Below are positions 25,503 to 38,050 of a DNA stretch of 64,000 bases, one piece after another (position 1 is the stretch's first letter; the number at the start of each line of letters is the position of its first letter). The DNA is taken from contig NC_087437.1 of the NCBI RefSeq assembly GCF_036321535.1, forward strand, positions 45,572,001 through 45,636,000, read 5' to 3'. The stretch is from Camelus dromedarius. Lineage: Eukaryota. Below the pieces are notes generated by a model. That model saw only the letters and a program-made list of their open reading frames with translations. It did not search any database and was not told where the DNA came from. Made by a program: the position numbers and the translations under genes.

Positions 25503-25889
25503 AATTGGTGAGTGGAGTAAAGAAGTGGGATTGTAAATAACATTAAATTAATGACATATTTAACAGGACATGCAGGGAGTAAAAAACTTAAAGAGGAGAG
25601 GAATCACTGAAATTGGGTCAGGTGCTGGCAGAAAAGCATTCTAAAACTGCCAAACTGAAAGATAAAGTCCAAGTCAGCAGGCAGGGGTCAACTTACAGCC
25701 CTTCATTAAATAACATTGGACTTTACCTCCTCTCATCTTTAATTCTTCACCGAGTCAACTGGGATATGAATACTCATAATTCATCATAAATCTTTAGTCT
25801 GGAAGGATATCAGTAAGTCACGCTGTGACTCTCTTTCAAGTAGCCTTAGACCCATCTTTTCCAGGACAAGGAGCTACCTGCTGAAAGCC

Positions 25890-27310
25890 ACTGTATTTAC
25901 AGACCTAGCATCCTTGAAATCACTTGTCTTCTGGCCTCTCTGAGACCAGGCTTCCCTGTCTTATTTTCTAGAGAGAACTTTACTTCTCTATCCCCTCTCA
26001 TAGCTTCTGCTTGTCTACCTGGTCTTTAAGTGCTGTCAATCTCAAATGCTGAAAAAGCATTTGGGGAAACTTGAGTCAATCTGAATACGAATTAGGTGTT
26101 ATGTTGGTAAATTATTGCCGATTTTGTAATATATGATAATGGTATTATGGTTACTCAGAACAATGTCTTTAGTTTTAGGAGATGCCTGCTGAAATATTAA
26201 GTGGTAAAGTGTCATAAGATCTACAACCTATTTTGAAATAATTCAGAAAGATATATCTGAACAGACACAGATGTAAATGTAACTGTAGATATAGCTACAG
26301 AGATAGGATGATAGATGAACAAAATATGGCAAAATGTTGACAATTATTGAATCCAGGTAGTAGGTATGTGGCTGATCACTGTACCATGTGGCCTTGGTCA
26401 AACTTCTGTATATTTGAAGATTTTTATAATAATAGAAAAAAGTTTAAAAAATTATTTAAGTTGGCCATCTTTTGGCATCATGACCCCCACAATCCCCTCC
26501 GACCCCTGTAAATATGTTTTCTCATCCTTGTCCTAAATAACATCCATTTGTTAACTTTAAACACCATCTACATATAGTTCACTCCTGCAAATAATGCCTG
26601 GCGCACACCTCACCACCAAACTCCTGTATAGATAATAAAGCCAATTAAGTATTCCACCCAGACAGCTCACGTGCATCTCAGTCTTGACAGATCTAAAACT
26701 GAAGTCTTGATTCCACTTCCCAATAAATCTATTCATCTCCCAGTATTCTGTAACACTTTTTTTACAGCCAAAAACTTAAATCAGAAAACTGAGTGTCATC
26801 CTTGATTCTCTTATCTCCCTTTTCTTTCATCCAATCAATTAATAAATTCTATCCATTTGATCTCCCAAATACAACTTAAGACTCTGGATTTTTCCTCAGA
26901 CTGTCACCGCTACTCTGCTCCAGCCTACATAAGTATCCTTGACTGGATGAGAACAGTAGCCTCTTGGTGGTAATCTGCACCTCCTTTCTTTCACCTTTAC
27001 AATCCACTCTCCACAGATCATCCAAGCTAATTTTTAAAATAAATAAATAAATAAACCTAATCTTTAAATTCGTTGATTAAAATAAAATGGCTTCCCATCG
27101 CATTTACAACAAAACACACATCCCTTACCAGGACCTTGATGTCTGAGTGGGTCTCACCCCGGCCCCCTCTTCCACCTCATCTCAAGCTTCCCTCAAACCT
27201 TACTCTTTGTTCTGCTCATAGACTGGCTTCCTTTCTGTGCCCAGAAGTTGTTGAGCCACTGTCTCCTCAGAAGTTGTGTCCATGCTCTTTCTCTGTTTGG
27301 CATGCACTTT
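25890..27310 (+). mobile_element. L2 LINE, split by an old L1 3' end
   Basis: agtgtcatccttgattctc; caatccactctccacaga; atggcttcccatcgcattta; ggcttcctttctgtgcccaga. Confidence 0.7.
26055..26455 (+). mobile_element. Old L1 (L1MC4/L1ME-like) 3' end
   Basis: gataatggtattatggtta; ggagatgcctgctgaaatatt; aatatggcaaaatgttgacaattattgaatc. Confidence 0.75.
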
Positions 27311-27319
27311 ATTTTTATT

Positions 27320-27895
27320 TATTTAACAAATCCTCAAATAGCACTTACTGTGTGCCTGGGCTCCTTTTAAAAGAGCTTTAAGAATGTTGACTCATTGAAT
27401 GTAACGATTCTATGGGTAAGTTCTAATATCTTTCTTCTATAGGTGAGAAAAATGAAGCATAACAAAGTAGAATGATTGAACAATTTTATGTATTCATATA
27501 CATTATATAGATTCAATTGTGTCCCTCGCTCAAATTTGTACATTGAAGCCCTAACCCCCAATGCGATGGCATTTGGAAATGGGGTCTTTGGAAGGTAATT
27601 AAAGATGCAGTCATGAGGGTGGGTTCTCATGGTGGTATTACTGGCTTTACTGGGCAGGGGGGAGGTCACTCCATGTGAGGACACAGTGAGAAGGCAGTAA
27701 CTGCAAGCCAGGATTGAGGCCCTCGACAGGAGCCAAATCACCCTGGATCCCAGTCTTGCACTTCCCAGCCTCCAGAACTATGAGAAATCAATGTCCATTG
27801 TTTAAGCCACCCAGTCTACAGTATTTTGTTACAGCAGACTGAGCAGACTAATACATATCATCATTGATAGAACCAGGTTTTGAACCCAAGCTGCA
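27320..27895 (-). mobile_element. MIR SINE interrupted by MLT1A
   Basis: gcacttactgtgtgcctgg...taggtgagaaaaatgaagc; resumes after the LTR with gaaccaggttttgaacccaag. Confidence 0.6.
27501..27855 (+). mobile_element. MaLR MLT1A solo LTR
   Basis: aattgtgtccc...ttgaagccctaaccccc...cttcccagcctccagaactatgagaaat...gcagactaataca. Confidence 0.9.
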
Positions 27896-29084
27896 CTTGA
27901 AGTAACTGTCCTCTATCACCTTAGATTCTTTTCTTCTGCAGGCCCCTTGTATCTTAACTTAAAGACTAGTCTTTTAGACAAGGTCTTCTCTGAGTACCCT
28001 TGCTACTGCATCATAGCATCTTGGTGTTTCGTTCCTTGTCCTTTTCTCAAAGTAGAATGTGTATATTTTCATTGCTGTTGTTCATTTACCTTTTGGCCTC
28101 TCTGCTCTTTGATAGGCACTGCTAGGTAATGGGCACACCATAACATGTAAGACAGAGCTTATCCCCACTAACGCAGAGTTTAGAGTCTAGATTAATCTCC
28201 TTTTTATCATTTTATTTCAACACCAGAATCATAAACACCAGTGGAGAATAAATACAAGATGAAGAGTTAAGACCACATGAAATTGGGACAAACCAGGAGA
28301 CAAGATGTGGTTAAGTACAAGGCATGAAACTAGGAGTGCTGACCTTGGTGGGGCCATGGAAGGGCTGAAGGGACAGGAGTAGGGAAAGCAAGGGGAGATG
28401 CCACAAAGGATCTGATAAGAACTTTCCCCCTTCCCTCAAAAAAGGTTTCTTATACATTTAGGATCTGTGTATTTCGGGCAGGCCCTGAGGTGGACCTCGA
28501 ACAGAAACAGCATGACATGATTGCTAAAAAGGTGGTAGCCCTAGCAAGCAGAATAAACCATGGTGTAAGTTAAGATCTTGCCCCCATCTTTCAAAAACAT
28601 AACATCGGTATTCTGCAATACACTGGGCCACCAGTTACCCCCCTGATTTAAGTATCTCAGATGAATGGAATTAATCCAGCAACCTAGATGTTCACCACGG
28701 GAGTCAGTGATCAAACATTTCCTGTTCCGTATGGGGTCTGTTATTTCTAAAACAGAAAGAACTCAGTTAAATGCAGCTCCAACATACCATCTCAGGTTTG
28801 GTCCCCTGACTGCCCCAATGTGTGAGCTACTCAGCTGATGTGAAAAAGGAGGCACCACTTATGAAAAATCTTGTAGCTTTCAGCTTTAGCAAATGGTTCT
28901 CCCAGTCTCAGGGACCTCAAACCCTTGAAAATACCTTCTATGGGCCAAACATTGTTCTCTGCACCAAAGATGCAGAGGTAACACAAAAATAACACATAGT
29001 TCTGCCATTATAGATCTTAAATTCTAGTAAGAGAGTAAACAAGAAAAATAAATTAACTCATTAATTTAAAATTATTCCTGATAA

Positions 29085-29580
29085 TAATAGTGGTATGAGG
29101 ACTGCCAGTTCTCCAAAAGAATCTACCTTTCTATAAAAGTAGAGTTGTAAAATGATTATCAATCGATTAAAAATGTTAAGAAAAAAAAAAGTAGAGTTGT
29201 ACTGAGCTGCCCAGCTAACTACATTCCCCAGCCTCCCTTGCAGCAAGTGTGGCCACGTGAGTATGTCCTCACCAATGAAACAGGGAAGGGAATGATGTGT
29301 GCCACTTTTGGTTCGGGACCTCCTCCATGCTCTTTCCCTTTCCCATTGGCTAGAAATGGAATACAGCAACAACCCAGCTTTAATTATTCAGATGATGACA
29401 ATGCTTTGGGCGTAACAGACAGAACCGTATGAGAGGATCCTGGATACATACATGACGTCACGGAGTAGAGTTTTTCCCATAACCTGGGCCAATTACATCG
29501 ATAGCATTATATGGAAAATAAACATACACCATCATGGGTCCTTTTTTTAAGGAGCAGCTTAGTGTCCCCAAACTAGGCAA
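29085..29580. mobile_element. Old ERVL-class LTR (LTR16/MLT1J-like), flanked by antisense L2 pieces
   Basis: actacattccccagcctcccttgcagcaagtgtggccacgtgag...ccaatg...gatgtgtgccactt. Confidence 0.7.
29150..29186 (+). mobile_element. Extremely 5'-truncated retroposed insert (L1 terminal 3' end) with 15-bp TSD
   Basis: Perfect direct repeat aaaagtagagttgta at 29135-29149 and 29187-29201 around aaatgattatcaatcgattaaaaatgttaag plus A-tail. Confidence 0.8.
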
Positions 29581-31939
29581 TGAGGGCTTAGGATAGAAAT
29601 ATTAACTGGGATGATCACAGGAGATGGCATTTAGGAGATGAGGCCTGCAGGACAGGAAGGAGTCAGCCATGTGAACATTTGGGAGTGAAGAAGAGCAAGC
29701 ACTAACAGCATGTCAGGAGGACCTAGCAAACTCCTAGTCAGAGTCTTGGTAAGACTCAGCTCTTGCATTAACACCAGAACCACAGGTACTAGTCAACCTC
29801 TGCCAGAGGGCTAGGAGCTGGACCATGGAGAGCTTGAAAGGTTGAAGGTAAAGAACGTAAAGTAAGCCAAGCACAGACCAGACTAAGACAAGAACCACAA
29901 TCTGACAACTTTGGGGGTCTTCTGGGAGAAGTATCTAGTTTCTGCAAGTTAAAGGTCAAAAGCCAGTGGACAGCTGATGGTAGGACAAATAAAAGTAGCA
30001 AGAGACATGGCAAGCAGCTGGTTAGACATGACTATTAAGATAAACCAGAAATTTTTAATAATTTACTCATTCATTGTAAGGTTTTTTCCTTAATTAAGAT
30101 ACCATATTTGTGTGTATGAGATGGTTTCTACAAGAATGATGGACCCGGACCTTTTCTTATCCCCTAGAGTGATAATGTATCACTGTATTTTTGCCTTTAC
30201 ATGTGTTAAGAACTGTTTCTTCGTTCTGCCATCCAAGTAACATCCACTGACCTGCACATAGTGGTCTGTATGTGCCTGAGATTTCAAGCAGATTCACCAG
30301 AACAAGTGCAGACAGACAGGAAAAGGAAAAGAGTATTTTACTTCTCGGAGAGAATGTTGGCTTCTGATGATTTTTACATGCCCTTAAGATACGCATGAAA
30401 ATCATTTCCTGAAAAGTTCCAAGACCTTTAAAGAATGATGGATGAAGGCAGAAATGCAAAGGCCTGTGAGAATAATTAAGAACCAAGTGATCCAGAGGAG
30501 CAACGAGGCAGAATAGAGCAAACAGAAACCTCCCTCTGGGCGGCTAGAAGTTGAAAAAGTTTGTACTTGAGCCTAATTTTCTGTTTCTCCTTGGGGTGTA
30601 AGCCTAGGCTGACTAATAAAAAACCTACAGGCAGAAATCAGTAGAAACACTAGTCAGGTTTGTATAACAAAGACAGAGCTTGCCACATAAACTCATTTCT
30701 TTTTCTGCTGCCTTCAATGAGAAAGTATTTGTTAACTATAGCACCATTTTTAAAGTAAAGGCCAATGGGTGCTATCGCTCCCCACCTGTCATGCAGGACT
30801 GTAAATATTCTTGCTCAGTTATCGTTTTTTCTCTTCTACTGGAGTGAAAAATTTTTTTCTCTAGGTAGTCAGAGAGTTTTACAAACTGCTAGGAGGTCTA
30901 ATTTGCGGTGCTGTTGTGAGTGGTGGTGTTCTGCCTATAGCCACAGAGGCTCCAGGTCTAGCAGACATGACGTCTGATCCCTCCCCTCGAACTGTCAGGA
31001 AAATGCAGCTGAAGGAGGAGGTGGAGGAATACACACTACAGCTCCGTTCCCTCCCACAGAGGAAAAAAGGAAAGGCAGTTCCGGAACTGCTGCGAAGCAC
31101 CATTACCGTCTACAGGGTTAACTGTCATCTCACTTCTCTACTGAAAACCCTTCAAAGCTTCCCCATATCCCTCGGGATTTAGTAAAAACTCCAGAGCATG
31201 GTTTAGAAAACTCTTAATCCCCACCCTTCCCTCTCAGCCTCATCTGTCTGTTAGAGCAGGCAGACAGCAAGATATGGCCAGAGAAGAGGGGCACGGGCCA
31301 AGTGGCAGGAAACCATATATCCTGTGAACAGCTGGGGCCTTGGGCAGACAGAGAAAAGCAGGAGCATCGGGACTGATAAGAAATCACACATTTTGGGGTG
31401 ACTAGTGTCCTGGAGGGAAACAAAGACAGGTGGAAAAGGTAGGAATCTCCAGTGTCCAAATGTAACCATTGCTCATTACGCCCTCATTACAATACAATTA
31501 GCCTCAGAGAAAAGAAGTACCCATCATGTACTGATGCTATGACACTTCCGATCCAGACTAAATAAGGACAAAAATCCCTCCTCACCTTGGGAAGGTGGAT
31601 CTGGGATGAAAATCAGGGAATAAGACCCCCAACCCGTCCCTCCACAATGAATACTCTGTCCATTCATTTTTACACCCCATGTAACCAGCCTGCCAAAGAA
31701 ACTCAGCACACACAGCTGCTCACCTGAGTCTGCCCACTGTCCCCTTGAAAGTGTACTATCACTTACTAAGTCCTCACTTTCTTGACCTCCATATCTCATT
31801 TCTGAATTCTTTCTGCAATGAGACAAGAACCTATTCTCCAGGAACATTTCCACATCCTCACCTCCCATTCCTGAGTTCTGGTCATACAGAACCACTCAGA
31901 AATCCTCAGAAAGCAGCATATACAAGTTGCTCTTTTTCC

Positions 31940-32250
31940 CCTCCCCCCATCCCTTGCACCTTGGGTTGCCCTTCTGTTGCCCCATTGAACTCTTCTACTC
32001 TTTCTTCAGTTCTTAACCTAAGTCCCACATCCTCTGAGAGGCAGCCTCCCACATGGTGTAATTTGAGAGAGTGTCTGATGATGCTCTGTGTCATCCCTGC
32101 TGTGACATGCACACACCTGTACCAGAATCACCTTGTACGTGTCTGCTTCCTCTCCAGCACTGTGAGGGCAGGCTTGCCTCTCAGGTTCCACTGACCCATC
32201 AGCATCCTACCCAATTTTTGGTGTATATCAGGCAACCAATTTGTTCTGAG
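31940..32250 (+). mobile_element. L2 3' fragment
   Basis: cacatcctctgagaggc; tgtctgcttcctctccagcactgtgagggcagg. Confidence 0.55.
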
Positions 32251-33410
32251 AACATGTTTAATTTGAAAAAAATAAAGTCAATAAAGATTAGTTTTAGGTA
32301 GCAAGAAATAAACTGAAGAATCTCAAATAAAACGTCTAAGCACTATTTCTCAGTATGCCCAGATTTTATGGCTCTTGAGTCATACCTCATTACTTCTTCT
32401 TGCTTATTTTTACACTAGTTTTTAAAAGGCAACCCTTTGGCCCCTGAAAAACTAAAATTTAATTCCTTTGTTAATGCAACTTTGGTTAAATCATTCACTT
32501 GACACAAATTTAAATAGCAAATACTGCATAAGATAATTTCTGAGAAGATTGTGAGAACATTACAAAAACACCTTTATGTAACTCTGCTAAAGAGGCAATA
32601 GACATTTTTTCCAAAAAGTCTTTTGACTCATAAAGTGTTAGCTCTGCTTTTAAGTTAATTCCGGTGATTGGCACAAAGCTGTAAGGTTAAGTAGCTGAGA
32701 TACCAAAGGACATGTGTTCAGCATATTTTCTTTTTGGTAAATTTGGCCCAATTCACTTAAAAATACCCTTTCCCTCATGTCCTTGCAGAAATGGATGGAA
32801 GAGGCCACCAGCTGAATCAAGATAGGGAGGAGCCACCATGACAATTCCCATCCTATTCAGCCTCCAGAAATTTCTGTGACTTATTCAGGTCCTTTCACAT
32901 ATCATAGAAAGTGATTCATTTTTAAAAGGAAGAAACAAGCATAAAATGAGAGAGCTGGTTAGAGGTTTCTCCAAACTCAGGATGTGCTACTGTAAAATAA
33001 TGACCTTTGCAGAGGGGGCTACCGTCCTCATTCCTCCTTCCATCCATGCCGTGAGCACCTTCCCTGCTCAGGACACTGAGAATTCTAAACAACAAGGCAT
33101 GTCTTTGTCCCCGAGATGTTCAAAGAGCATCATATATATTCTTAAAAATAATCATCAGTAGATGTGAGTACTGGGAGAGGATTACGACTTTAATGTTATC
33201 TACAGATGCATACTTTGGCTTTGAATAATCTACTGCTGTGAATTTTTTCCAACGTAAATTTAAATATGCATATATTCCCTTTCCACTGAGAGCTAAGTAT
33301 CTTGATGGCAAGGAACTTATACTGCTCTTATACCATGCACTGCCTTGTGTCTCTAAATTTACCCTGACTCACAGTAATAAATACATTTTGCATTGACTCA
33401 ATGACACATA

Positions 33411-33444
33411 TACACCTATATACCTATATAGGTGTATAGGTGTA
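33411..33444. repeat. 34-bp spacer-less near-perfect palindrome
   Basis: tacacctatatacctat|ataggtgtataggtgta; 16 of 17 positions are Watson-Crick complementary, one T/G mismatch. Confidence 0.95.
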
Positions 33445-33689
33445 CACCCCATGGCAGATGTTTCACAAAAATATATGTATCATTAGTATATCGATATATT
33501 CTAGTGTTTCCTATTTTGTAATATTCTATTCTAGTCCAATTCACTTAAATAAACACACATACACTCTGGTAACCTGCTCGTGAGCCCATGGTTTTAAAAA
33601 CTATTTTAAAAAAAATTTTAAAGATCTGCAGAATGTTAGCAAACTATGGGTAATGATACTTGGTGAAGTACTACATTACATGGCTGAAG

Positions 33690-33935
33690 GTAATAATAGA
33701 GCATAAAGATTAGAATTCAGGGTCGGTAATAAGACACATCTGAATTTAAATTCAGGCTGCACCAATTACTGGCTATGTTGTCCTGAACAAGTTATTCAAC
33801 CTCTTTAAGCCTCAATATCCTCCTACTGATAATGGTGAAATAAGAGTTTCTACCCATTGAAAAAGTAGAAGAGATCATGCATGTCAAATTATTTAGTACA
33901 GGGTAAAGCATATAATAACTACTTAGTAAATACTA
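33690..33935 (+). mobile_element. MIR SINE
   Basis: ttactggctatgttgtcctgaacaagttattcaacctctttaagcctca. Confidence 0.7.
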
Positions 33936-35820
33936 AATCCTAAAAACTCTATCCAAAGAAATGAAAACAAGACTTGAGAGGAAAAGTAAAAGTAATGTGG
34001 CTGTGGCCAGCTTCAACAAGATATTGGGGAGTTGGGGGGGTCAGCTACAAACAGAGATTCACAAGCTGAGTAAACATATTTCACAAACTATCTAAGCAAA
34101 CATTTCATGAGCCAGAGAGATGTTAGTATAAGGTACCAAGGCAGACCATTTTCTGTTGAGTTGCAGAAGAGAACAGCATCCCATTAATGTGGCTTAAACA
34201 TGGTATAAAAAAAGAGGAAGATGGGGAGAAAGTGGAACAATAGTACTTTGAGATTTCTCCAAGTCTTACGATCCTACAGACCAAGTCTGACAAGTGAATC
34301 AAGAAGGGAGACACAAGACAACATGCCTCCCGATACCGCGCCCAGACAGCTGAGCCAAGTCCTGAGCCTGAAGGCTGAGCGGAGGGCCGCCCTGGACCGC
34401 ACAGGCATCACAGCGGCATTCCGACCTGGATCATGCGCGCTGACTACTCTGCCACCTGTGAGACCTCGGCTGCACAGACTCGGCATAATGCAGAGCAGGC
34501 TCTCTCACGACCCCTGGTGGGCATCAGCCACACAAAGTGCTCTAGGGCTCTCAGGCAAAGCAAGTTTACAAGGTTCACTCTCTAATTTCCCCATGGAAGC
34601 CAGACCATTCATCTCATTTCATCACTTCCCTCGCCCAAAAGAGCTCCACTAACACCAGAAGCAGCTGACGGAGAGACAGGGTCCACAGGGCTGAGACTTG
34701 ACTTCTGCGGGACACTTTTTATGCCATCTCCAAGAAGCTATGGCAAATCAACTTAATAATCTTGTGTCCTCAAAGCAGAGGGGCTGCAGATGGGGCACAG
34801 TTGTAGCTTGCACCCCCCAAGTCCCAAGACAGTTAAATGATGAGGGATACAGCTCACTGTCTGAATACGCATGGCAGTTGGTACTGAATCTGATTACAAA
34901 GAAGCCCTGACAAGGCCGACTTCAGTGAAGTGCAGCCCACTTACCCACAGACTTTGATGTGCAAGCACTGGCCTTTTGGACCTGCCGCCAATGTTGGAGA
35001 ATAAATAAATGAGCAGATAGAATACAGGTCCACTAGCATTCACTGAATTAAATAGGCAAATGGCAAGGATTCAGCATAGAGCCACATGATGCATAAATAA
35101 TCGGAGACAGAGCCTACACGTCCACTCAGCTGAAAACAGATTCCGGCTGCTACTTAAAATATCAGCAGGGTGTCTACCATGTCACCAACGTTCTTTTTTT
35201 TTCCTTCCAAAATGCTCAGGCAGCCAGATAAATCACTCTGTGGCTTCCCCCAGTTACTTGTGGATTGACAGTGTTTATAAACAGCTGTGTTAACACCCCA
35301 GAATCCAAGGAAATGTTCGTATTGCACTGAAGAGCTTTTATAGTTCATACATCTAGCAATGGACAGGCAGGTTTTTTTGTTCAGATGGCTGTCTTTCTAG
35401 CATCTGGATTATGACAAAAGCCAATAATTCTTTTTGTGTAGCCAGTGGTAGCAAGTGGCAGTAATTCTAACCTGGCCATAATACAAAGGATCTCCAGACA
35501 GATTTTAGCTTCACCCAGATGGGTATTTGCAATGGTAGAACAAAAAACACATATCTTATGTCCCTTTCCTGCAGGAGCCCTGACTGCCCTTCTACCCACC
35601 CACCTGCTCACCCCGCACTTGACTCTGAGCACACACTGAACCAGTCATCGTGTCCTGAATGGACTGTATTCTGCAGTGTCTTTGAACCTAAGCATGAGCC
35701 AGTGAGTGCTTTGCTACAATGCCATTCTTTTTATCCACCCAAAAGACACCCACTTATTTCATCCCCAAAGTGTAAGATTACCCAGAAGCCTTACCCTTCT
35801 CCCCTAGGCAGAATTTAGAC

Positions 35821-36743
35821 TTTTTTTTTAACTGAAGTATAGCTAATTTACAATATTGCACTAGCTTCTGGTGTACAGTATAATGATTCAGTTATGTGTG
35901 TGTGTATATATATATGTATATATATATACATACATACACATATTCTTTTTCACTATAGGTTATTAAAAGATACTGAATATAGTTCCCTGTGCTATACCAT
36001 AGGGCCTTGTTGTTTGTCTATTTTATACATAGTAGTGTGTATCTGCTAAACTCAAATTCCTAATTTATCCCTCCACCCTCCTTCCCTTGTGGCAACCATA
36101 AGGTTGTTTTCTGTGTCTGAGTCTGTTTCTGTTTTATAAATAAGTTCATCTGTCTCATTTTTTAGATTCCACATATTAGTGATATCATATGATATTTGTC
36201 TTTCTCTGTCTGGCTTACTTTACTTAGTATGATAATCTCTAGGTCCATCCATGTTGCTGTAAATGGCATTATTTTATTATTTTTATGACTGAGTAGTATT
36301 CCATTGTGTGTGTGTATGTATGTATGTATGTATGTATATACACAAACCACGTTTTCTTTATCCAATCATCTGTTAATGAACATTTACATTGCTTCCATGT
36401 CTTGGCTATTATAAATAGTGCTGCTATGGACACAGGGGTCCATGCATCAAATTAGAGTCTTCTCCAGATATAAGCCCCAAAATGGGATTGCTGGATCATA
36501 GGGTAATTTTTAGTTTTTTGAGAAATCTCCATACTGTTCTGCATACTGGCTGCATCAAACTACATTCCCACCAGGAGTGTAGGAAGGCTCCCTTTTCTCT
36601 ACACCCTCTCCAGCATTTATTTTTTGTGGACTTCTTAATGATGGCCATTCTGACTGGTATGAGGATAGCTCACTGTAGTTTTGATTTGCATTTCTCTGAT
36701 AATTAGCAGTTTGAGCATTTTTTCATGCACCTATCAGCCATCT
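35821..36743 (-). mobile_element. 5'-truncated lineage-specific L1 (ORF2 end plus 3'UTR)
   Basis: T-tract at 35821; ORF track KIMPFTATWMDLEIIILS; degenerate TSD aatttagactttt / aatttacagactttt; internal (TA/TG) and (TATG)n tracts. Confidence 0.93.
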
Positions 36744-37546
36744 AATTTACAGACTTTTTAAAACACATTCTAGACTGCAAGCCTCCTGAGGACAGGAAAC
36801 CCATCTCAAGAGGTTGGCATCTCCATTGCAGCCAGCACAGTGTCTGGCATGGGGTAAGTACATGTACAACAAAGGACTGTCAGACAGAATTTTTAAAGGA
36901 GTGCTATCCTCTTGTTTTACTAAAAACACAGTAGGAGAAACTGCAGAGTTTACAAGAAAGAAAGGGAAGGTAGAGGAATATCTATCTGACTGAACACCAT
37001 GGGAATCTCAGGAAAGCTGAACTTTCTCCTTTCTTCTGCTCTAGTAACGTGATGCTTACAAGTGGCCTCTATCAGGCAACATAACAACATTACTCTTTCT
37101 TACATAGGAGTCCCTACTTATGGCCCAAAAAGGACTCCCATGGATTGCTTTCTGTCCCCATTTTGGATTTGCATACAAACACATGATTTGCAACATATTC
37201 TCAGAGATGTACAAAGCCTAAAAAAGTTACAGACCACTATCCAAATTTTATTAATTTTTATATTTGGATTTGCCAGGAAATGTATTCCATCATGTTGATG
37301 ATATTTAAGAGAATCAAAGTGATGGGTAAAAAGTATAAAAATCACTTTAATACATCCTTTCACTCAATGTAGAGTAACATTCCTTATGTGATTTATATAC
37401 AGTATCCATTGTAATAACAAAAATATTTAGGAAGTCGGTGTCTGTTAAATGCTTGCTATGTGTCCAACAAAGTCACATCTGCTCTTGGGAAGCTTGCATT
37501 CTGTAATTCAACACAAAAAGAACTATTTTAAAAATAGGAAACAAAA

Positions 37547-37661
37547 GGGGAAGTGTATAGCTCAGTGGGAGAGTGCGTGCTTAGCACACATGAGGTCCTG
37601 GGTTCAATCCCCAGTACTTCTATTAAAACAAATAAATAAAAACCTAATAAGCCCCCCTCAA
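37547..37661 (+). mobile_element. tRNA-derived SINE, camelid Vic-1 type, with TSD
   Basis: A box tagctcagtgg, B box ggttcaatccc, A-rich tail; TSD aaaaataggaaacaa (37530-37544) / aaaaataagaaacaa (37662-37676). Confidence 0.88.
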
Positions 37662-37829
37662 AAAAATAAGAAACAAGAGAATCCACAATATTTGTCAAAT
37701 TTGGTGGTTCACATAATGAATGCCGAAGCCAGGCATATAGCTTGCTGTGGTCACAGCAGTTTTCTCAGAGGACCCTGGGAAGGGTGCCTTCTCCCTAGAG
37801 GGTCCTAGTGGGATAGAAAGTGTTTCAAC

Positions 37830-38050
37830 TAGGAAGCAATGTGATAAACAGATACTGGGCTTAAATCAGAAGGTCTGAGTTTTAAGCAGAGTGCTGCCTC
37901 TTACGTGACTTTGGACCATTCAATTATTTCTATGCCTGTTTCCCCATCAGTCCCATGGAAATAATATCTCTGCCTGGCCTCTCCCCTGACATGTTTGCAA
38001 GACTCAGTCAAAATAAAGTGGGTGAAAGCATTTTCTAAATTATAAATCAC
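37830..38050 (+). mobile_element. MIR SINE
   Basis: aaatcagaaggtctgagttt...gtgactttggac...gcctgtttccccatc...gtgaaagcatttt. Confidence 0.65.

Noticed and set aside
32832..32879. Kozak-like GCCACCATG
   Set aside because: Opens only a 13-aa ORF (MTIPILFSLQKFL) with no promoter context.
37547..37620. tRNA-like sequence
   Set aside because: It has an A-rich tail and TSD, so it is a SINE head rather than a tRNA gene.
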